NCBI GenBank assembly: GCA_965219575.1
Contig: OZ244779.1
Span: forward strand, 1,708,769-1,772,768
Length of the DNA stretch: 64,000 nt
Source: Candidatus Oxydemutatoraceae bacterium
GTDB taxonomy: Bacteria; Pseudomonadota; Gammaproteobacteria; Poriferisulfidales; Oxydemutatoraceae
Direction of reading: 5' to 3'
This document shows, in pieces, positions 57,741-64,000 of the stretch. The first letter of the stretch is position 1. Each line of letters begins with the position of its first letter. The position numbers were made by a program, and so were the translations under genes. Under the pieces are notes generated by a model. It was given only the letters and a program-made list of their open reading frames with translations. It was not told the origin of the DNA and ran no database searches.

Positions 57741-59045
57741 ATGGCAGAGGCAAAAATCACTTATCAACACGGTATCGCATCGAACCGATTGCAGTTCACA
57801 CATCTATTGCTACAAGTATTCTTTGTCGGCATGGCATGGGGGGTGATGCGTACCGTCGTACCGGTACTAGCCGAAACCGAATTCGGAAAGCCGGAGGACG
57901 CTTTTACTTTACTCTCCGCATTTGTCATTACATTTGGTTTCGTCAAAGGAACATTAAACTTTGTTGCCGGTCGCCTTTCCGAGCGGATGGGACGCAAATC
58001 GATTTTAATCGCCGGCTGGATAACCGCACTGCCGGTGCCGTGGATGATCTTTTATGCGCCCGGCTGGAATTGGATTATTGCTTCTACGATATTACTCGGC
58101 ATCAATCAAGGTTTGTGCTGGTCCATGACGCAGACCTCTAAAATGGATATCACGCATCTGAATCAACGAGGGCTCGCCATAGGTTTGAACGAATTTGCCG
58201 GCTATTTGGGAGTTGCCGTCGCCGGTGTGGTCACCGGTTATCTATCCGAACTGCTACCACCGCGCGAGGCATTATTATTTTTCGGGATTGTGGTTATTTC
58301 ATCGGCGTTAATATTCGCTTGGGTTTGGGTACTAGAAACGCTGCCGTGGATGCACACCGAAGCGCGCAGCCGGCAGAAGGAAAATAATATACACCGATAC
58401 TTCTACGGTTCTCGTTCAATCTCCGACACACCGACTACTCGGGAAGTCTTTGTTTGGGTGAGTTGGCAAGATCGCAGAATGGTGGCTTTTAGCCAAGCCG
58501 GATTGATAGAAAAATTCGTAGACACGCTCATCTGGGTATTCTACCCGGTCTACCTATACGAACAGGGTTTGAGCTTGTTCCATATCGGCATCGTCGTCGG
58601 CATTTACGGCTTCGTCTGGGGAACACTGCAAACCGTCACCGGAAAACTTTCCGACCAGATCGGGCGTATGAAGCCGATCGTTTCCGGAATGTGGATTTGT
58701 GCCGTCGGTGTTGCAATGAAATTGTACGGCGACGACATACTATGGTGGTGTTTCAGCGCAGCGATCACCGGACTGGGCATGGCTTTGCTGTATCCCAATT
58801 TGAGTGCTGCCGTCAACGACATCAGCCATCCGAATTGGCGCGGCTCGGCTATCGGCGTTTATCGGTTCTGGCGTGATCTGGGATACGGAGTCGGTGCGCT
58901 CATTTTGGGTTTGACCGCCGATATCCACGGTGCGATTACGAGTACTTTCTGGGTGGTCATTGTATCTATGTTTTTGTCCGGCTTGTTCGTGTGCTATTGG
59001 GGACAAGAAACCTTACCCAAGCTACGCAAGGCGGTGCTCGATTAG
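57741..59045 (+). CDS. MFS transporter
   Basis: About 12 hydrophobic segments; motif A GRLSERMGRK and GKLSDQIGR; WRGSAIGVYRFWRDLGY. Confidence 0.9.
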   Translation: MAEAKITYQHGIASNRLQFTHLLLQVFFVGMAWGVMRTVVPVLAETEFGKPEDAFTLLSAFVITFGFVKGTLNFVAGRLSERMGRKSILIAGWITALPVPWMIFYAPGWNWIIASTILLGINQGLCWSMTQTSKMDITHLNQRGLAIGLNEFAGYLGVAVAGVVTGYLSELLPPREALLFFGIVVISSALIFAWVWVLETLPWMHTEARSRQKENNIHRYFYGSRSISDTPTTREVFVWVSWQDRRMVAFSQAGLIEKFVDTLIWVFYPVYLYEQGLSLFHIGIVVGIYGFVWGTLQTVTGKLSDQIGRMKPIVSGMWICAVGVAMKLYGDDILWWCFSAAITGLGMALLYPNLSAAVNDISHPNWRGSAIGVYRFWRDLGYGVGALILGLTADIHGAITSTFWVVIVSMFLSGLFVCYWGQETLPKLRKAVLD

Positions 59046-59054
59046 GTTAATCGG

Positions 59055-59141
59055 CGGAGAGGGAGGGATTCGAACCCCCGGATCGCTTGCGCGATCTTCG
59101 GTTTTCAAGACCGATGCCTTCGACCACTCGGCCACCTCTCC
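59055..59141 (-). tRNA. tRNA-Ser(TGA)
   Basis: GGAGAGG acceptor stem, GAGTGG D-loop, CTTGAAA anticodon loop, long variable arm GATCGC-GCAA-GCGATC, GGTTCGAATCC T-arm, discriminator G followed by CCG. Confidence 0.95.
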
Positions 59142-59362
59142 GAAAGAACTTTAGGAAGTTATAAAAGAATACTACATAATCGTCGCCTAATCCAAAGGAA
59201 AAGAATAAATTGTGCAGAACTCCGGGGCTGTTGAAAATGTATTTCATAGAGTGGTAGGGGCAGTATAAATTCACGGCGCAAGCGGTTACGGTTGCACGCT
59301 GACGATACTTTTTCACAGTCTCATGTGCCGACACAATGTATAAGGACAGCCACTTTGCGTTG

Positions 59363-60304
59363 TTATTTGAGCCGTTTAATCTCCTCAGCGGATAAACCCG
59401 TCACTTCGGAAATCAACGAAACCTCCAGACCCTTTTGCAACATATTCAAGGCGATATTTCGAACCTCTTTAACCCTACCTTGTTCAATGCCTTGTTCAAT
59501 GCCTTCTTCTATCAGCCCTTCCCTTTCCAAGTTGTATTCCAGCTTGTATCTGTCGTGGGCTATAGAATCCCACAGATCTATCTCCTCCTCCGATACCTTC
59601 GCTAAATGCTCTAATGCCATCTTTATCTCTCCGTCTTGTGATAAATGCGCTACCTGCTCGGGTGTCAAGTCCTTTGAATGTTTCATAATATAGCACCACC
59701 TATCGGCCATATCAACTAGCTCTAAGTAGCTCTTATTAAATTTGTTTAGTTCCACTATCATTATCGTTAAATCCATCTTGAGTTTCTTATTCAGATGCTT
59801 AATCGATTTGATTTCTAGTTGGTCTATATGTTCGTCCGTGTCGCCAAATACCGTGAAGTCGGTGAATGCCAGCAAGTAGGTCGGACTAATCTTGCTATAC
59901 TTTTGTCCACGATTTACGACATGCGTATGCAACTGTGCCCAATAGAGCAACATTCTACCCAGGAAGTGTTTCTCACGATAGACCTGCATTTCTATGCTAA
60001 CATTCTCGCCACTATTCAATTTGACATTGAGGTCTAGTACGACTTGCTTGCCGTCCGGCGTGTTCGGTGGGATGACACTGTCTTCCAGATGCAACTTATC
60101 GTCCGATTGACTCTGTGGTTGCTTTGCAGACTCGGACTCTGTGTTGTTTTTTTCAGGGTTCAGTATCACCATATCCGAGGCATTATCGGAGATCGGCAGG
60201 AAGCTCTTGATCAGCGAGAGCAGTACCTGTTTATTAGTTGAGAAGTATCGTTTGAAGACGCGGTCTTTGGTCAGTGGTAAATATTTTCTCTGTTCTTTGT
60301 TCAT
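59363..60304 (-). CDS. Rpn-family / PD-(D/E)XK nuclease-like putative transposase
   Basis: DRVFKRYF, LDLNVKL..IEMQV, RMLLYWA, VELNKF, EEGIEQGIEQG, IALNML..ISEVTGLSAEEI; GGAGG RBS. Confidence 0.88.
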   Translation of the reverse strand: MNKEQRKYLPLTKDRVFKRYFSTNKQVLLSLIKSFLPISDNASDMVILNPEKNNTESESAKQPQSQSDDKLHLEDSVIPPNTPDGKQVVLDLNVKLNSGENVSIEMQVYREKHFLGRMLLYWAQLHTHVVNRGQKYSKISPTYLLAFTDFTVFGDTDEHIDQLEIKSIKHLNKKLKMDLTIMIVELNKFNKSYLELVDMADRWCYIMKHSKDLTPEQVAHLSQDGEIKMALEHLAKVSEEEIDLWDSIAHDRYKLEYNLEREGLIEEGIEQGIEQGRVKEVRNIALNMLQKGLEVSLISEVTGLSAEEIKRLK

Positions 60305-60534
60305 GAAACCTCCTATAAGTTTTGGTTAAAACTCATAGGGTGAGCGAATATTTAGGGTGTGGGGAAACATTTCGATGAACGGTAGCAGATATTAGATAAA
60401 CGGTAAAATATTGTGCAGATACATGGGGTTATTGGAAAGTACCGTTCTGCACAAATAGCATCGTTTCTTGTTGCATAGAATCGGCACTTGCTCCAGTTGG
60501 GCAAGTGCCGTAACCTCGTACAAAATCTAAATAT

Positions 60535-60790
60535 GGGGCTGTTGAAAAAGTATCGTCAGCGTGCAACCGTAACCGCTTGCGCCGTGAATTTATAATAACC
60601 ACCAAGCCGTAGGGGCAGACCTGTGTGTCTGCCCTTAAGTACCGTCCAGAATAACCGTAACCGCTTGTGCCATTTGGTTTTGGTTTCCATAAATCGGGTG
60701 AATGAATGTATAAATCGTGCCGACCAACGCGCTACGGGCGGACATGCAAGTCCGCCCCTACGGTTCATAAAATACTTTTTCAACAGCCCC
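60535..60790. mobile_element. MITE (256 bp) carrying an inverted REP pair
   Basis: IR GGGGCTGTTGAAAAAG; ATAT target duplication; REPs at 60609-60634 and 60736-60761 in opposite orientation. Confidence 0.88.
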
Positions 60791-61108
60791 ATATTGCAAT
60801 CGTGAGAAATAATATGAATATCAAAAACAAGTGGTGTCATGTTTTGCGGAACAATAGCACATCGGCAACTCAAACATTACAAGATGCAACAGTCGCTTGC
60901 GCCATTGAATTTACGATAACCGCCGAGCCGTAGAGGCAGAGTAGAGCCACCGATTGACCTACTGGTTCAATCGGCGTGACTTCGTTCAGAATCTCAACAT
61001 GACTGCTAAACGCATGCATTGCAAAATGCATAGGCCATCCCTCCGAAGGAGGGGAATGTACCGTCCCTGCGGTTCGTGGATACATTTTTAACAGCCTCTT
61101 TTAATGGT

Positions 61109-64000
61109 TTAGGGTGGCGTTTCTTCCAGAGCACCTTCTAAAAATACTCTGACTTGAATAAAGGCACGGATACTTTGTACTCTTTCTATTCTAACTCTTT
61201 CTATTCTAACCGTGTAGTCCACGGATCTGATGTTGCCGTCCGGTGACTCCAATCTGATTACGATCGCCGTTGCTGCCGTAGGTAATGGATCGATCGTCAG
61301 CGAATCTCCACCTGCCACCACATTGAAATCTACATTGTTTATGCTATAGCTAATCGTAGTATCGGCATTATCCGCAGTCGCATTCAGCACAACCCGAGTG
61401 ATATCATCGGCAATTCTTAATAGGTATGTAAGCTCGTTCTGCATAAATAGTTCTGCATTGGTAGGTTCTACAACCGTCAATGAAACCAAATCCGGGGGTT
61501 GACTTTCCGTCAAATACTCGGATACCGTATAACCCTGCGTGTCGGTATAAGTCACTTCCACACGATAGCGTCTGTCACTCGGCGCATCACTCGATACCGT
61601 ATATCCGGCAGTTGTTGCAGAGGGAATATCTACCCAGTCATTGGTGCCGATATCAAGGCTCTGCCACCGATACGACAAAGTGCCGGTCGTGCTATCGTCC
61701 GGATCTAATGCGCCGATGACCGAACTCACATTGAAGTTAAGACCGTTCACCGTCAAACTAGAATCAATCATCGGAAAACCGTTATTTATCTTCTTGACGG
61801 TTATCTTATTGCTTAGATTGAAAACCGTATTAAACCCGATATCCCTTAGCGTCAATTGGATCACGACATCGGTACTCTGTATCGTTGTCGATTCTATATA
61901 GTTGGTAGGGATCGTAAAACTCGGCAGAGCGGTGGAAGTGTCGGATAACATCAACGGTTCACCCTCGGTTTGTGTCCACTCATAGCTATAGTTTCCACTA
62001 CCGTTATCGATTGTAGTGCTTAGCGTAACTCGCGCCCCTTCATCGACCGTATTGTCTTCAGCTATAGTACCGTTCTCGGATGCCATGATAGCCGAGACTA
62101 CAAGAGGCAAGATATCAAACTCATAGACACTGTTAAGCTCGGCACCGTTGATGGTTTCGGTCACCGTAAAGACTAGGGTGGTCGTCGTATCGTTCAGAGT
62201 TATAGCACTACTCGTGCTACCGCTATTCATGTCGGCAAAATAATTCCTTTCGGGGCTTTCTCCGCGTTTGGTAATCGTAATCGTTGCGGTGCCGGTGTTG
62301 ACCGCAAACGGTCTCAGTTGCATGGTCTCTAGGTTATCGGAAACGACAATCCTATATTGCTTGATAAGCGGAGAGAAAGACGGTTCCAGTTCTAAAATAG
62401 CGTCGTTGTCGTCCGACAGGAAAAATACGAAATCCAAACCGCGATCGCGACCGGGTTGATCGGGCAACAATAAGCTACATTGAGGCAATAGCGTATCGGG
62501 ATCGTCGTCGCAAGCGGCATTATTTTCGAGACCGACGGCGTAGCGTAGTGCCGGATAGCTCTGCGAGTCTCCGAAATCCCAATCGGCACGACTCGGATAG
62601 TCGGGATTCCAGTTGTAATAAACCTCGGTCGAGATGCTTCCCGGCGCAGTCGGTGAGCGCAGTTCCACCGTGGTTTTACTCGTGCCGCCGGCGGAAGTGG
62701 CTTGTCCACCGGTGTCTCTATTCCAATAGCTGTCGGTGATAATAACGGTTCTCGAAGTCGCACCGACCATCCCCCCGATGTTTCGGTTATCGTCTCCCGT
62801 GCCACGCACCGCACCGATCGTATAACTGTTTTCAATCGTGCCGAGTTCCAATAGACCGACCAAACCACCCACATTCGAAATGCCCGATACATCACCCTCG
62901 GCATAAGTATTTATAATACGCGCTTTGTTGTTATAGCCAATCAAACCGCCTATGTTTTTATTGTTATTTCCCGTACCGGTTGCATCGCCGGTCGCATAGC
63001 TGTTGATGATTGTAGGAACATTCATTAAACCATCCGACATACCCTCCTCGCTTAATCCCACCAAACCACCTACACTGCTATTACCGCTGGTAGCACCGGT
63101 CGCATAGCTGTTGACGATTAGAGAAAAATTGTAACCGACCAAGCCACCCACATTGACATCATTCCCCTGTGCGTCAACATTAACGGCACCGCTTGCATGA
63201 CTACCCATGATAAAACCGCTACTGATGCCGATTAGCCCACCTATGTCGGTATCGTCCGTTTCGGTGCCGTTCACCGTACTGTCGGCGTAACTATTAATGA
63301 CGACTGCATCATTAGCTATAAGTCCTGATAATCCACCTATGTTATTCGAGCCGGTGACGGTGCCACTCGCAAAACTATTTCTGATGATGCTATTATTGAA
63401 ACCAACCAAGCCACCTATGTCAACCGAGCCGGTAACAGTACCAATTGCAGAACTATTATTGATTTGAGCATTAATACCGTTAACACCAACCAGTCCGCCG
63501 AGACTGGATGAATCTGATAAAGTTCCGGAAACGGAACCGGTCATCCGACTATTGCTGATTAGACCTCCATTTAAGCCGACCAATCCACCTACTATATCAC
63601 CCCCGCTGATGTCCACATTCGATAGATTGACATTCCTGATCTCGGATAGAATGAAACGAAATAAACCCATCGTTGTTCCATCATTTATATTTATATATAA
63701 ATTAGCAATCGTGTAATCGTTTCCCTCAAATATAGCGGTCAAAGGAGCAATAGGTGGCCAGCCTGAATTCGTTCTATCTTTATTGGCAATCCACATTACT
63801 TTGATGGCTTTGGTGCGGTAGCTATTGTTATCCGTGAAGTCTAGATCTTTGGTTAGCTCGTAACCCTCGCAACCGTCGGCAGGGCAACCTGTCATTATGA
63901 CCACCGCACCGGCACTTGTTTTATAACCGGCTCCGTCCAATTGATAGCGTATTTCATCGAGACCCTCCAAATCGCAAATCTCTATCAAGCCGTCGTTATC
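61109..64000 (-). CDS. Second GLUG/cadherin-like surface protein (C-terminal part; 5' end outside window)
   Basis: Frame open to the right edge (DNDGLIEICDLEG); same module motifs as the giant ORF; ends IRAFIQVRVFLEGALEETPP. Confidence 0.9.
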   Translation of the reverse strand, partial: DNDGLIEICDLEGLDEIRYQLDGAGYKTSAGAVVIMTGCPADGCEGYELTKDLDFTDNNSYRTKAIKVMWIANKDRTNSGWPPIAPLTAIFEGNDYTIANLYININDGTTMGLFRFILSEIRNVNLSNVDISGGDIVGGLVGLNGGLISNSRMTGSVSGTLSDSSSLGGLVGVNGINAQINNSSAIGTVTGSVDIGGLVGFNNSIIRNSFASGTVTGSNNIGGLSGLIANDAVVINSYADSTVNGTETDDTDIGGLIGISSGFIMGSHASGAVNVDAQGNDVNVGGLVGYNFSLIVNSYATGATSGNSSVGGLVGLSEEGMSDGLMNVPTIINSYATGDATGTGNNNKNIGGLIGYNNKARIINTYAEGDVSGISNVGGLVGLLELGTIENSYTIGAVRGTGDDNRNIGGMVGATSRTVIITDSYWNRDTGGQATSAGGTSKTTVELRSPTAPGSISTEVYYNWNPDYPSRADWDFGDSQSYPALRYAVGLENNAACDDDPDTLLPQCSLLLPDQPGRDRGLDFVFFLSDDNDAILELEPSFSPLIKQYRIVVSDNLETMQLRPFAVNTGTATITITKRGESPERNYFADMNSGSTSSAITLNDTTTTLVFTVTETINGAELNSVYEFDILPLVVSAIMASENGTIAEDNTVDEGARVTLSTTIDNGSGNYSYEWTQTEGEPLMLSDTSTALPSFTIPTNYIESTTIQSTDVVIQLTLRDIGFNTVFNLSNKITVKKINNGFPMIDSSLTVNGLNFNVSSVIGALDPDDSTTGTLSYRWQSLDIGTNDWVDIPSATTAGYTVSSDAPSDRRYRVEVTYTDTQGYTVSEYLTESQPPDLVSLTVVEPTNAELFMQNELTYLLRIADDITRVVLNATADNADTTISYSINNVDFNVVAGGDSLTIDPLPTAATAIVIRLESPDGNIRSVDYTVRIERVRIERVQSIRAFIQVRVFLEGALEETPP

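Overview
Bacterial chromosomal window, Gammaproteobacteria-like by housekeeping content (murA-hisG, rne, cysS, petABC-sspA, yajC-secDF); a host-associated lifestyle is my inference. (1) Bases 1-25553 are one uninterrupted minus-strand ORF of at least 8,500 aa that runs off the left edge and is therefore missing from the ORF track. It has a Sec signal peptide and 15 complete (plus one partial) GLUG/beta-helix + cadherin-like modules, some carrying AT-rich hypervariable segments. A paralog runs off the right edge (61109->64000). (2) 25.7-43 kb is housekeeping genes separated by REP-bearing MITEs and a truncated RAYT/IS200-like gene. (3) 44.0-53.7 kb is a type II-C CRISPR-Cas locus: tracrRNA, cas9, cas1, cas2 and 48 repeats/47 spacers, with an IS3-family element inside one repeat. 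The standout feature is that this Cas9 carries a second HNH domain (about 64% identical to the first by hand alignment, catalytic residues substituted) inserted in RuvC-III. Its predicted tracrRNA also has a 20-nt insertion splitting the anti-repeat. (4) 53.9-61 kb holds an orphan DNA methyltransferase, a disrupted IS1380 with a nested MITE, an MFS transporter, tRNA-Ser(TGA) and an Rpn/PD-(D/E)XK protein. All counts and alignments were done by eye; no database searches were run.
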